A DNA stretch of 64,000 nucleotides from a virus: positions 32,001 to 96,000 of the IMG/VR virus record IMGVR_UViG_3300044491_002068. One strand, 5' to 3'. This document shows, in pieces, positions 10,024 to 20,270 of the stretch. The notes under the pieces were generated by a model that saw only the letters and a program-made list of their open reading frames with translations, was not told the origin of the DNA and searched no databases. Within the stretch, counting starts at the first letter, position 1, and each line of letters opens with the position of its first letter. The position numbers and the translations under genes are program-made.

Positions 10024-10766
10024 TATAAACCGTAACCCATTACTTGTTGAGCAGCCCGTGCTGCCTCACTATCTGGCATACCTGCCGCAAGATACCCTTC
10101 ATACAACTGCTCATATCTAGACGCTGCCGTATTAGCGCTGGCTGTTAAACCATCATAAGCAGGGTTGTCATCATCAATGGGGGCAACCACATTGGGCTGC
10201 GTGGAAATAGTAGGCTGACGATACACTGCTTCAAGCAGGTACAAATCCTGCCTCGCAGATGAACTCTCAGTCAATTGAATACTTACCTGCGCCCGAACAG
10301 GGAACCCTTCAGCATCACGATACTTTACAGTATACGAAAACTGACTCATAACACACGTATAGTTGAGTTTATGCGTGCCATACGAAAACACACACTCCCA
10401 ACCAAGATCAGCAATCTCCTCCAAACTATCTAAGTAGTCCGTAATCGGTGTAACACCACCAGACGGCTTGTCCGCCAAAACAGCCTGAAAAGAAACAGTC
10501 CGTAACTGCTGGCCCTCAAGAATAAGCAAAGGCTTGTTGTACGGGCGAGAAGTCTGAGTAAACCTACTAGCATAATTGTCAAACTGCATATCACTAGGAC
10601 CAAACGGGAACTCAACGGTAATCTGACGATTCTCGTATGAAGTGCCATTCCAATACTGTCCAGATGCATCAATTTTTGCACGCTTAGGATTAGCAGACCT
10701 GAAATTTCTTTCCAAAGTCTGATTAGTAAACGCAGATTTAAACTGTGTCTTTACGGCACCGGCCAT
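10023..10766 (-). CDS. tail tube initiator / baseplate (gpU-like) protein
   Basis: Directly downstream of the tape measure; beta-rich with PVRAQVSIQLTE. Confidence 0.6.
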   Translation of the reverse strand: MAGAVKTQFKSAFTNQTLERNFRSANPKRAKIDASGQYWNGTSYENRQITVEFPFGPSDMQFDNYASRFTQTSRPYNKPLLILEGQQLRTVSFQAVLADKPSGGVTPITDYLDSLEEIADLGWECVFSYGTHKLNYTCVMSQFSYTVKYRDAEGFPVRAQVSIQLTESSSARQDLYLLEAVYRQPTISTQPNVVAPIDDDNPAYDGLTASANTAASRYEQLYEGYLAAGMPDSEAARAAQQVMGYGL

Positions 10767-10788
10767 GACAACAACTCCTTATTGAAAA

Positions 10789-13700
10789 TTATTCTTCACT
10801 CTTTGGGTCAATAGTAATCTGATAAATAACCCCACCACGTTCTTCCGTGGTTTGGCCATTAACGCTAATCATGGGCTTAGCAAGATTGTCGCTAATAGTT
10901 TGCAGAAGCATTGTCTGCGCTCCCATGTCGTCACCACTGGCTGTCAAGTAGTCAATCATGATTCGTTTAGATTCATCCTCGCCTACAGCAGCAACCAGAC
11001 TTCTCTGGAACTCTTCGGCGCTAGCAGGATTAGCAAGGCTACGTTGCGTCGCCATGTATCCGCCGATACCCCGCCGAATCTTTCCATCAGCAAACTTGTC
11101 TTTATACACCTCGCTTGCTCTACCGCCAGCGTACGCTCTGAAATCTTCAAAACCTGCACCAGAGATGTCTACCCCACCCTGAGCCAAAGCACCAAAGTCC
11201 CCAGAGACAATACCAGTGCGCAAACTCTCTCGCTGGAAAGACGTACGATTAATCAAATTAGACACAGCATCAATATTTCCACTACCGTACGCTTCCCTAA
11301 GGTCTCCAACAGAAATACCGTACGCTTCCGACATGCGCTTAAACAATCCAGTTTCCATATCGCTAATACCGAACTGTTGCATGAATTTATCAGCGTCACC
11401 AAACGCACCGGCCTGTGCCTGCTGGCGCAACTCCAACACACCGCTCAGACCGGCAATATCAGCATCAGCCCCAAACGCCATCTCTGCCGCAGCAAACCTG
11501 TCAACAAAATCAGAAGCAAGACTAACATCATACGTTCCGCCCCTAGTGGACTCCGCCAATGCATTTAAAGCGGCATCGCTGCTAGCCATCTTGTTGGCCC
11601 TGCCAGCAATAGTATTCGCAAAATCGGGTAAAAACGTTTGAGTTCTATCAATCTCTGGAGCAAAGAAAATTTCGGCCAAACCGGCTAAACCTTCTAGACC
11701 CAAGTTTTTCTGCAGGTCAATCCCTAGAGCAGTAGTGAACTGTTGAATTTGTTGTTCAGACAACCCTAATTCATTAGTCAAAAGTGCAGTATTAGTGTTT
11801 AAACGGTTAATAGCGTTATCAATCGCCAAAATTGCGGTTTCGGCCTCCGACAAATATTCAGGTAAACGACTAAACACTTCGTCAGCATCAAACTTTTCAC
11901 CAAGAATGCCCAACTCTTGGAACATGTCGGTCATCTTTGTGAACTCTTCGCTATCTTTACCTACAGTCTCCGCCAATACTACGTCTAGGGGTATTCGTCT
12001 CCTAGCGCTTTGGCGCCTAGCCTCAGCAGCAGTAAATTTACTGGCCTTGCCAGCGGAAATAGCGTCACCCACAGCAACATACTGCTCTACTAAACTAGCA
12101 CGAGTAGACATTTTCTCATCACTGCTCATACCCAAAACATCTAAATTAGCAAGAGTATCCAACTGCTTATCCATCGCCTCTTCGGTGGCTTTACGAATCT
12201 TTTCTTTACCCTTACGTCCAGCAAACCACGTGGCGACACCGCCTACAACGGCACCCACCGCAGCACCTACCGCAGTACCGACAACAGGAATTACCGAGCC
12301 AATAGCGGCCCCAGTCAAAGCGCCACCACCAATGCCCGCCGCCATACTGCCAACGCCACCACCATTATCGTAGGCGCTTTTAATGCCCATACCCATAATA
12401 GCCGCCCCCGCAATCCCCATTCCGGCAACTGCCGTGCCGGTTCCAGCGGCAGCAAAACCCGGACCAATCCTTGTTTTTCCGAGCAAATTCTTACTCAACT
12501 GACTACCGACACCGCCACGCATACTTTGCCGCATAAAGCCTGCGCCTGTTTTAATCCCTCCACCAACTTTAGATAACATGCCGCCTGCACCTTTGAAGCC
12601 AAGCGCTTTTACGGCACCAAAACCACCAAGAAGCATCATGCCAGTAACCACATCTGGAATGATACCAACTAGCGCAGCAATTGCCTTAGCCAACACCTCA
12701 ACAACAGGAGCCAGCGTGCTAATTGCGTCAGCAAGACCAGAAATAATGTCCGGTACTTTTTCAAACAAAGGCATCATTGCTGACAAAACTTTACCTAAAG
12801 CCGGAACAAGTTCAGAAGCGACACGATTCAAAGCATCAATAATAGTAGGTAACTTCGCAAAGAAGCCTCCCTGACCAGCACTACCCAAATCCAACAAAGC
12901 GCCAACAACATTACCGATAGCCGCACCAAACTCTTTAAAGTTCTCTGCATTCCCCTCAATAAGACCAGAAAACTCTCTAAAAAGACCACGCCCGCCAGCC
13001 GTACCGGCCATCGCCTTAAACATGTCAATAACAACATCCGCAGCAGGCTCAAACTGGCGTAAAAAGTTTCCAACATTATAGAAAAAATGACTAATCGCTT
13101 TGAAGAAGCCGACAAACTTCTCGGCAGTATTTTCTATCGTATCTAAATGTCCAATAATATTACTACGGACAAACTCACTGACCGTATCGACAATAGTTAC
13201 AAGCGTGGGAGCAAACGACTCGGAGCCAAAACGCTGAACCACAGCCGTCAGGCTGAGAATATCCTCACGAAGAATCTTAGAAATCTGCAAGAAAGCATTA
13301 CGGAAAGGTCCAAGAAGCGGCTCACCAACATCGGCAAAAATGCCTTTAATCCCAGCAAACTCAGTCTTAATAGTGCCAACAAACGTTTGTGCAATCGCCT
13401 CACCGGCACCTTGGAAAGCGTCCGCAGTAGCACCGCCACCAGAAACAGCAGACACAAGACCACTCATGGTACTAATGCCAGTAAGAGAATCCTTTTTGAA
13501 ACCGACAGCGCCCTGAGTGGCCTGAATCGCTTTCTTTACATCACCGCCAGCAAACGCCGCCGCTAAAGACTGCGCCGCTTTAGCATCCCCACCAGTTATA
13601 TTGTACAACTGGCTAACAAGCGAATTGGCTTGAGAACCACGTACACCTGCACGGGCAAGCGAACCAGTGATAGCAGTAGTTGCTTCACCACCAAGCAAGC

Positions 13701-14214
13701 CCGTCATGCGAGAGCCAATACCACGACTTAAAGCAATAGCGCTTTTCTTCCCAGCCGCACCACCACCAAGAAGCGGAGCCAACTGGGCCTCCTGAAACTC
13801 ACGCATAGCAGCCGCAGCCACAGCCAGACCAGTAGCAACGGCGGCAGCAGCAATAGACAACCCCTTAAGTGCTATCTGATACGATTTAACAGCAACACGG
13901 CCAGTAACCAACGCAGCCTTAGCCGCTAACAAACCGGCAGTAAACAAACCGATCTGGCCAGCAAGCGCAATAAACGAAAACTTTCCTAAAGTCTTTAGGA
14001 ACTTTCCGAACGTGGAGCCGAACTTCATGAGCGCTTTATTCACACGATCAAAACTCTTCTCGGTGCGCCTATTGTTTCTATCTAAGTCACGAGACTCACG
14101 GTTGAACGAACGGGTACGATCCTCTAAAGATTTAATACGGCGCTCAATGCCAGCCAAATCGCCGCCAATATCGGCGTCGATTTCAACCTTAATTACAACT
14201 CTTTCTTCAGTCAT
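10789..14214 (-). CDS. tail tape measure protein
   Basis: 1141 aa, Ala/Gly-rich and helical, GAAIGSVIPVVGTAVGAAVG segment, follows the tail chaperone. Confidence 0.9.
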   Translation of the reverse strand: MTEERVVIKVEIDADIGGDLAGIERRIKSLEDRTRSFNRESRDLDRNNRRTEKSFDRVNKALMKFGSTFGKFLKTLGKFSFIALAGQIGLFTAGLLAAKAALVTGRVAVKSYQIALKGLSIAAAAVATGLAVAAAAMREFQEAQLAPLLGGGAAGKKSAIALSRGIGSRMTGLLGGEATTAITGSLARAGVRGSQANSLVSQLYNITGGDAKAAQSLAAAFAGGDVKKAIQATQGAVGFKKDSLTGISTMSGLVSAVSGGGATADAFQGAGEAIAQTFVGTIKTEFAGIKGIFADVGEPLLGPFRNAFLQISKILREDILSLTAVVQRFGSESFAPTLVTIVDTVSEFVRSNIIGHLDTIENTAEKFVGFFKAISHFFYNVGNFLRQFEPAADVVIDMFKAMAGTAGGRGLFREFSGLIEGNAENFKEFGAAIGNVVGALLDLGSAGQGGFFAKLPTIIDALNRVASELVPALGKVLSAMMPLFEKVPDIISGLADAISTLAPVVEVLAKAIAALVGIIPDVVTGMMLLGGFGAVKALGFKGAGGMLSKVGGGIKTGAGFMRQSMRGGVGSQLSKNLLGKTRIGPGFAAAGTGTAVAGMGIAGAAIMGMGIKSAYDNGGGVGSMAAGIGGGALTGAAIGSVIPVVGTAVGAAVGAVVGGVATWFAGRKGKEKIRKATEEAMDKQLDTLANLDVLGMSSDEKMSTRASLVEQYVAVGDAISAGKASKFTAAEARRQSARRRIPLDVVLAETVGKDSEEFTKMTDMFQELGILGEKFDADEVFSRLPEYLSEAETAILAIDNAINRLNTNTALLTNELGLSEQQIQQFTTALGIDLQKNLGLEGLAGLAEIFFAPEIDRTQTFLPDFANTIAGRANKMASSDAALNALAESTRGGTYDVSLASDFVDRFAAAEMAFGADADIAGLSGVLELRQQAQAGAFGDADKFMQQFGISDMETGLFKRMSEAYGISVGDLREAYGSGNIDAVSNLINRTSFQRESLRTGIVSGDFGALAQGGVDISGAGFEDFRAYAGGRASEVYKDKFADGKIRRGIGGYMATQRSLANPASAEEFQRSLVAAVGEDESKRIMIDYLTASGDDMGAQTMLLQTISDNLAKPMISVNGQTTEERGGVIYQITIDPKSEE

Positions 14215-14231
14215 AAACGCCCCTAAGCACA

Positions 14232-14278
14232 GAAAAACCGGGAATCCCTATAGAGTTATTCTATAGAAATTCCCGGCT
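14232..14278 (-). terminator. hairpin with U-tract between chaperone and tape measure genes
   Basis: Minus strand: CCGGGAATTTCTATAGA-ATAAC-TCTATAGGGATTCCCGG then TTTTT. Confidence 0.5.
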
Positions 14279-14279
14279 C

Positions 14280-14489
14280 TCAGTAACCACCTCGTGAACC
14301 TCTTCGTTGTCTTTCTCGCTCAGCATGATCAGTAGCAAGCGCTTTAGCCGCCGCTAATCGGATGAGCCACTCATCATAATCGCAGTTCAAGATGTCTAAA
14401 GGATCGACATGGAATGTTTCGGCAAGCCTTGCTGCTGAACGTATCCTAACGTCTTGGGCTAGTTCATCAACTAGCCCTTCGTAGGGTCC
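14280..14489 (-). CDS. tail chaperone frameshift extension (gpT-like), -1 frame, no own ATG
   Basis: Open frame ...LVDELAQDVRIRSAARLAETFHVDPLDILNCDYDEWLIRLAAAKALATDHAERERQRRGSRGGY* overlapping the chaperone 3' end. Confidence 0.7.
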   Translation of the reverse strand, partial: GPYEGLVDELAQDVRIRSAARLAETFHVDPLDILNCDYDEWLIRLAAAKALATDHAERERQRRGSRGGY

Positions 14490-14986
14490 TCAGCCTCAAC
14501 ATCGTCACCGTAACCAGCGTAATCAAGAATCTTGAGAGCCACAGACTCCAAGTGCGGATCAACACCGTAAAACGCACGAATAGCGTCAGGTAACGGACGA
14601 TCAGTGTTGGTCATCTCCATAACAACCGGAGACGCAAACGTAATCGCATTACCGTTATCGTCTAAAACTAACTCGTCGTTGTAGTAAATGCCGGTAACAG
14701 TCTGGCCAACAACGTAGCACGAAAACTTGATGGAATCAAGTTCGTCAGTCTTTCGGTTCGTGGCATTACGACGCCACGACTTCAACTGCTCATTAGTAAT
14801 ATTGGGTGAGAACCTAACAGTCACACCCTTACGCTCCGGCACAGGCATCTCAATTTCGGGACGAGTAACTTCCTTAGAAATCTCTTCCTTCAACTGATCT
14901 AGAACGGTAAGCCTACCGCCAGTCTTACGCTTCGGAGTTACCTCGTCAGCACTTGCTACTTCAATAATTTCGTTTTCGTCACTCAT
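14471..14986 (-). CDS. tail assembly chaperone (gpG-like)
   Basis: Between tube and tape measure; overlapped by a -1 frame ORF; TTGACA-N17-TATCAT promoter 6 nt before the ATG. Confidence 0.75.
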   Translation of the reverse strand: MSDENEIIEVASADEVTPKRKTGGRLTVLDQLKEEISKEVTRPEIEMPVPERKGVTVRFSPNITNEQLKSWRRNATNRKTDELDSIKFSCYVVGQTVTGIYYNDELVLDDNGNAITFASPVVMEMTNTDRPLPDAIRAFYGVDPHLESVALKILDYAGYGDDVEAEDPTKG

Positions 14987-15034
14987 AGAGTTATGATAGT
15001 AATTTCCATCAATCCTGTCAACTACTTAGAAAAA

Positions 15035-15784
15035 TTAATCGGCTAGCGCTTCCCAAGTGCGCTTACCAACAACGCCGTCCACAGTCAGCCCCTCATCCTT
15101 CTGAAACTGACACACAGCATTATAGGTAACCTTGCCAAAAACCCCGTCAATACCGGAACTAGTCTTAGGGCGCTTAGACAACTTGTACCCATTCTTATCC
15201 AGCAATTTTTGTAAAAACTCCACTACTACGCCACGGTCACCACGGCGCAATGTAGTGTCAAAACAAGCGGAAATGAACTTAAGAACGCCAGCCTGTTCTG
15301 ACTTGACAGAAGCCGCACGAGGTATCTTAACCTCACCCTTAACCGGGAACCACTCCATCTTTGTTCCGCTAACCTTGCACGGTTGATGATGCCACCACTC
15401 AGAAGAAACTGTCTTAACAATACCATATTCTGCGGCAATAGCATTAATTTCAGAAGTAGACAAAGTTTTATCCATCTGACGGAAATCTACAGCATACCCG
15501 TATCCTTCAAAACTGGGCTGAGACATATGATACGACCCCTGAAACCCTGCACTGTTTCTGCGGTCAGGATTAGCGGCCAAATTAAAACCACGCTTACGAG
15601 ACTTGTAGCCGTCATACAAATACTTCTGCTGCTGATACGACCTTACTCCAGAACTCACACGCACACGATGACCCTTGGCCAAATTAGTGATACGTGGGTC
15701 GTTGAAGAACGCCTCAAGTCGTGCCTTGAACTTAGGATGAAGGTCTTTCACATTAACGTGATTGCCTGTCGTCGGAATACTCAT
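15035..15784 (-). CDS. endolysin: M15 (VanY-like) peptidase plus peptidoglycan-binding domain
   Basis: SGVRSYQQQKYLY, SYHM...YAVD, EWWH; C-term DGVFGKVTYNAVCQFQ...DGVVGKRTW. Confidence 0.85.
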   Translation of the reverse strand: MSIPTTGNHVNVKDLHPKFKARLEAFFNDPRITNLAKGHRVRVSSGVRSYQQQKYLYDGYKSRKRGFNLAANPDRRNSAGFQGSYHMSQPSFEGYGYAVDFRQMDKTLSTSEINAIAAEYGIVKTVSSEWWHHQPCKVSGTKMEWFPVKGEVKIPRAASVKSEQAGVLKFISACFDTTLRRGDRGVVVEFLQKLLDKNGYKLSKRPKTSSGIDGVFGKVTYNAVCQFQKDEGLTVDGVVGKRTWEALAD

Positions 15785-15860
15785 AACTTTACCTTTTGTA
15801 GAAAATACGTTACGTATCTACAGTATAACAAAACAGAATGGAAATCAACCACTGCACAAA

Positions 15861-15890
15861 AGAAAAAGCGCTACCTAAGTAGCGCCCTTC
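15861..15890 (-). terminator. intrinsic terminator after the tail tube gene
   Basis: Minus strand GCGCTAC-TTAG-GTAGCGC-TTTTTCT. Confidence 0.8.
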
Positions 15891-15916
15891 CTTTAAATTG
15901 TTTATGTGTTAGTTTA

Positions 15917-16366
15917 TTACGCCGCCGAAACAGTGCTGACAGAGAAAGTCAGCGAGTATGACGCAGGCGCACCCGAAGATGCGTCGCCGTCAGGCTCCGT
16001 AAGTCCAACAAGCAGAGTCTTAGCATACACACGCTCTGACCCCGGCTCTTTAAGTTCACAGTTAAGCGTGAGAATAGTCAAGTCATAGTAAGTCATACCA
16101 ACCAACTGACGAAGATTGTTCAACTTTGGACCATCTTCGTCAGGATCGTAAAACTTGCTAATCGTGATATCACCAATCTCTGAGGGAGCACAAAGAACCT
16201 CAGGGAACGTGCTGTTACCATCATAAACTTTTTCTACAGCAGCACTGATTTCTCCGCCGCTAACAGTTGCAAAGTACTTCGGGAAAATCGGGCCGGGAGC
16301 GTGCCCCGGAACGTTTCCTGTCGGTTCGATTGTTGCAACAATTTGCCTTTGAGTTGCCTTAGCCAT
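15917..16366 (-). CDS. tail tube protein
   Basis: 149 aa directly downstream of the sheath; FATVSGGEI, DITISK beta-rich pattern. Confidence 0.8.
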   Translation of the reverse strand: MAKATQRQIVATIEPTGNVPGHAPGPIFPKYFATVSGGEISAAVEKVYDGNSTFPEVLCAPSEIGDITISKFYDPDEDGPKLNNLRQLVGMTYYDLTILTLNCELKEPGSERVYAKTLLVGLTEPDGDASSGAPASYSLTFSVSTVSAA

Positions 16367-16378
16367 TTAAATATCTCC

Positions 16379-17896
16379 TTAGATTACGGGGGCCGAGAGA
16401 TTGCTCTTAGTGATAACAATATCAATTAGGTCCGCAACACCGGAAACCCGGACACCGACCTGAGCCTTAACAAGCCCAGTAGCAAGTTGCGTAGTGGGGT
16501 TGATTGTGCTATCAACCACAACGTTGTAACCGGGGTCAATGAGGACACCAGTCTCGTCGTATGCCTCAAACAATCCGCCAGCCACACGAATGGGCTCAAG
16601 GAATGCTTTGAGGGAGCCACGGATTTTACCGAACAGCCCGCCACGACCATCAATGGTCGAAAACACATACTGCTCCATGCGCTCCTCAGCACCGACAACA
16701 ATGTAATTCAGAGTGTCACGCTGAGTAATATAACGCCAGTTAGCCTCATCGTTAGAAGCAGAGCGAGCACCATACACACGGAAAGTGTTACCAATCTTAC
16801 GGATAGCGTTCACACGAGCCTCATCAAGTGCATCACCAGTAGCAGGTGTCACATCGTAAGCAAGTGCTCTGACAGTACTGGCCTGAGAAATCTGACCAGC
16901 ACCCGCACGCCATGGGCCACCCGCCTCTTGAATAGCACGGGCACGAGCACCCGCCGCATACGCATCAGCAGTAATCGTAATTGTAGAACCCTGCACAGGG
17001 TTTGTACCCGTAGCAAGTTCTGGAGCAGACGGAGCCGCAACCTTAATCTGTGGCCAATAAAATGCCATGTAACTAGCCTTAGGATCAGCCGCATAATCAG
17101 CAGCCGCAGACTTAGCGGCAGACGCTGTAGTTGAGTCTAAACCAATAATTGCAATCCGATTATTAGCAGCAGCATGATCACGCAAATCATCCCACACCGC
17201 AGACTTGTTCTCTGCAGAAAAACTGCTTAAAAGCGCAGGAGCGCAAATAGCACCACTCTTAAAGTTAGGGCTAATCGGAGTAGTGTCTGGGTGAATAGCA
17301 GCAGAATACTCTGAAGGAGTTACGTCAGAACCATCTGATCCTCCAGCGAGAGTGTAGTCCGCAACCTTAGGCACTAACTCTGTTGAAGAAGAATGCAAAG
17401 ACAACTCCACCAAATGGCTGACAGCCGAAGAATTTATAACATTAATCGCATCAGTGACGCTAGTCAAGTCACGGGTCGTGAGAAGAACAACATCATCCAA
17501 AACAACCTTAATCTTGAAACCAGAAACATCAGCCGCAACGACATTCACATCCAGATATGCAGCCCACGCTCCAGCATTCTTCGCTGTAGCAGTCAAAGTT
17601 TCAGCATCGTCAGCATCAAGAAGATCAATAGTTCCTGTTGCGTTAGACGCACCAATAATACGCATCACATAACAACGTGAGCCACCCTCATCAAAGAAAG
17701 CCTTCACATGAGGATAAAGTGATCCTGATTCGTAGTTTCCGTAGTAGGTCGTATAGTCGCTGAACGAACGAAGAAGCGTGGGCTCATCCAAAGGACCACG
17801 CTCAGTCTCGCCAACCATAAATACTTGACCTGCCACGATATCTCCAGTACCCACAGGACCAGTGCGGACTGCAGTAGTGACGTTAACTCCCGGCAT
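16379..17896 (-). CDS. contractile tail sheath protein
   Basis: MPGVNV...FMVGETERGP, FFDEGGSRCYVMRI, AKNAGAW, RVYGARS, WRYITQR. Confidence 0.93.
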   Translation of the reverse strand: MPGVNVTTAVRTGPVGTGDIVAGQVFMVGETERGPLDEPTLLRSFSDYTTYYGNYESGSLYPHVKAFFDEGGSRCYVMRIIGASNATGTIDLLDADDAETLTATAKNAGAWAAYLDVNVVAADVSGFKIKVVLDDVVLLTTRDLTSVTDAINVINSSAVSHLVELSLHSSSTELVPKVADYTLAGGSDGSDVTPSEYSAAIHPDTTPISPNFKSGAICAPALLSSFSAENKSAVWDDLRDHAAANNRIAIIGLDSTTASAAKSAAADYAADPKASYMAFYWPQIKVAAPSAPELATGTNPVQGSTITITADAYAAGARARAIQEAGGPWRAGAGQISQASTVRALAYDVTPATGDALDEARVNAIRKIGNTFRVYGARSASNDEANWRYITQRDTLNYIVVGAEERMEQYVFSTIDGRGGLFGKIRGSLKAFLEPIRVAGGLFEAYDETGVLIDPGYNVVVDSTINPTTQLATGLVKAQVGVRVSGVADLIDIVITKSNLSAPVI

Positions 17897-18018
17897 GTTT
17901 AGCCTCCATTTTCCTTGTTTCTATCAATACCGTATTGATTTGCCCTGCGGGGCTAAGACCAAAAAAGTCTTCTCTATCAACTATTATATTACCATGATAC
18001 GTCTACGTGTGAAGGTAA

Positions 18019-18888
18019 CTATATCGTAGAAGATTTAAATGGAATCCCATACGTGGGCAGTACATCTTCCATCCAGCCCTGAGAACTATTCAAAGCCAGC
18101 GCTTCTGAAAGATTCTTAGGTGACTTATCATCAGCAGGCGCAGGATCATACCCAAACTCGTAAATATAGTTTCCATCTGTAAACAGATCGCCTGCACGCA
18201 CCCTCTGCTCAATGATTCTATAACGGCCACGCATCGGACCTTCTCCATGCTCCTGAGCATACGACCTAGACGGCGTAACCCAGTCACCCGAATTGATAGC
18301 ATCAACACCTTCCTCAGGCACCGCACGATACATGATCACTTCGGCATCCGGATTGCCACGGGCCGCAGATATAATCGAAAATAGTTCTCTATCTCGTCGG
18401 GCGTCTGCGGGATCACCAGAACCGTACAACCGCATTCCCATTGGAGAATAAACATCTTCAGGATATATTGCACTTAAATCATGTAATGCTGCACCAGTGT
18501 CTCGTGTAGGAGCAGAGTGGAGGCCACGGTAATCCTCGATAGTAGGTCCCTTATCGACAGTACCTAAAGTTGTAGTAATATTTCCCATTGAATCGCCAAT
18601 GGTACCCAAACGATCACCAATAGAAAGGTTTTCAGTTCTCCACGTCTGAGAATACGAAACGTCATTACCATCAGCATCAACTAGACGTAACCCGTCTAAC
18701 TGTGAAATATTAGTACCAGTAAGCAGATCAGAAATTTCTTCGCCAGCCGCATTAATGTACTTAGCGCCAGCAGGTCGTTCAAATGCCGTACCCTCCTGAA
18801 CAACACCGTCATTATCGGCATCCTTAGGGTTACGATTATACGGCTCTGCCCGTAAACCACCCCATCGTGTAGCGCCACCAATAGCCAT
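18019..18888 (-). CDS. virion-associated protein with putative ADP-ribosyltransferase-like C-terminal domain
   Basis: N-term DADNDGVVQEGTAFERP; C-term MYRAVP...GDWVTPSRSYAQEHG...YEFGY. Confidence 0.5.
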   Translation of the reverse strand: MAIGGATRWGGLRAEPYNRNPKDADNDGVVQEGTAFERPAGAKYINAAGEEISDLLTGTNISQLDGLRLVDADGNDVSYSQTWRTENLSIGDRLGTIGDSMGNITTTLGTVDKGPTIEDYRGLHSAPTRDTGAALHDLSAIYPEDVYSPMGMRLYGSGDPADARRDRELFSIISAARGNPDAEVIMYRAVPEEGVDAINSGDWVTPSRSYAQEHGEGPMRGRYRIIEQRVRAGDLFTDGNYIYEFGYDPAPADDKSPKNLSEALALNSSQGWMEDVLPTYGIPFKSSTI

Positions 18889-18900
18889 ACTACTATCCTA

Positions 18901-19773
18901 TCATGCAGACGGAGTTACTTCAAGGCTGCTAGCCGAATATGCTCCAGTACCCGCAGAGTTTAGCGCTGCTACTCTGAACTGATATCCTACACCATTAGTT
19001 AGACCAGTAACCGTGTAAAACCCCTGAGTAGAGGATGTATCGGCTACAGCAGTCGTCCACGTAGCACCTGAATCGGTACTCTGCTGAATAACGTAACCAG
19101 TAATATTATGGACGCCGCCATTCCATGTAGACTCATTCCAATTCAGCACCACTTCAGTATTGCTAGCCACAGCAACCAAACTAGTCGGTGCATTCGCAGT
19201 AACAGGCATCTTTGTAACAGTAACTTCACTGCTCTGCTGAATACCTAACGGATCAACGTCAACAACTTCTTCAAGTGACAAATCGTAAGCAATATATGCG
19301 CCTGCCAACAATCGCTCACCCTTGATTAAAGTTAAATCTGAAAACTCTTCTCTAATTGTACCCTCATCAATTTTCGGGTAACACGGAACAGACGAATCAT
19401 ACCTAGACAGCGACGGACCGTCCATCAACGCTTCACGAACCACCGTTGTCAAGTTGTCACGCTGCTCAGTTACCGTCTCAGCACCAGACGCACGAGTCCA
19501 CACATATGTGCGCATCTCGTAAGTTACACGAAAATTAGGGTCAGCATCCGGCTCATAATCAGTCCGAGTAACAGAACGTGTGTTGATTACCATAGTAATA
19601 ATCGTTGGCCAAGCATCCAGCGCAAATGGCTCGTAACTCAAGTAACGACGTGGATCAGGTAACTGAGAACTGCTCAAATTCCAATAGTTTCTATACGTAA
19701 TCAAACGAGGAGGCATATCATTAGCCAAATAATTTGACACATAGTTTTTTGCTAATCTAGGACCCGACATCAT
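18901..19773 (-). CDS. neck/tail terminator-like protein with C-terminal fibronectin type III domain
   Basis: APTSLVA...VVLNW...GYVIQ...VTGLTNGVGYQFRVAALNSAGTGAYS; synteny. Confidence 0.7.
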   Translation of the reverse strand: MMSGPRLAKNYVSNYLANDMPPRLITYRNYWNLSSSQLPDPRRYLSYEPFALDAWPTIITMVINTRSVTRTDYEPDADPNFRVTYEMRTYVWTRASGAETVTEQRDNLTTVVREALMDGPSLSRYDSSVPCYPKIDEGTIREEFSDLTLIKGERLLAGAYIAYDLSLEEVVDVDPLGIQQSSEVTVTKMPVTANAPTSLVAVASNTEVVLNWNESTWNGGVHNITGYVIQQSTDSGATWTTAVADTSSTQGFYTVTGLTNGVGYQFRVAALNSAGTGAYSASSLEVTPSA

Positions 19774-19774
19774 T

Positions 19775-20269
19775 TTAGATCATAAACCCTCTCATGGCAT
19801 CGGCGTACTTAACCCCGATAGAACCATGTACGATGTACTCTGCCACAACGTTACCCGTACGCTGCTTCATCAGGTTTGGCACAAACACAGGCTTACGCTG
19901 AGCCATGTTGCGAGTACCCGACTGATGCCACCTTGCGTAAGGAATATCAGTACCGAACGTTGCGGTACTCAATCCTATGTCCCTGATCGAACCACGAGCA
20001 CTGTTCATAGTTAAACTGCGCTCTAAATCACCAGTCCTGACTAGGATGCCGTTTGCGCCATAATTCTCAGTCTTCCACGATGCGTACTGTGGGTCAAGAG
20101 GCGACCACGGGAAGCCTCTATCAGACATACCCTCACGACGAAAGTTGTCTCTATGGGACTTTTGTAACTCCTGCATGACCCAGCGTAACACTGGCCTAAA
20201 ATCACGAGAACGACGAGTCATAGCAGCGAACTTGCGCTTCAAAGCGCTGGTATCAACCTTGACGGTCAT
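19775..20269 (-). CDS. virion morphogenesis / tail completion protein (Mu gpG-like)
   Basis: WSPL, ILVRTGDLERSL, FGTDIPYARWHQSGTRNMAQR. Confidence 0.85.
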   Translation of the reverse strand: MTVKVDTSALKRKFAAMTRRSRDFRPVLRWVMQELQKSHRDNFRREGMSDRGFPWSPLDPQYASWKTENYGANGILVRTGDLERSLTMNSARGSIRDIGLSTATFGTDIPYARWHQSGTRNMAQRKPVFVPNLMKQRTGNVVAEYIVHGSIGVKYADAMRGFMI

Positions 20270-20270
20270 A

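Noticed and set aside
10852-14266. Many + strand ORFs opposite the tape measure and other genes
   Set aside because: Antisense shadows of recognisable - strand genes, with no motifs or RBS.
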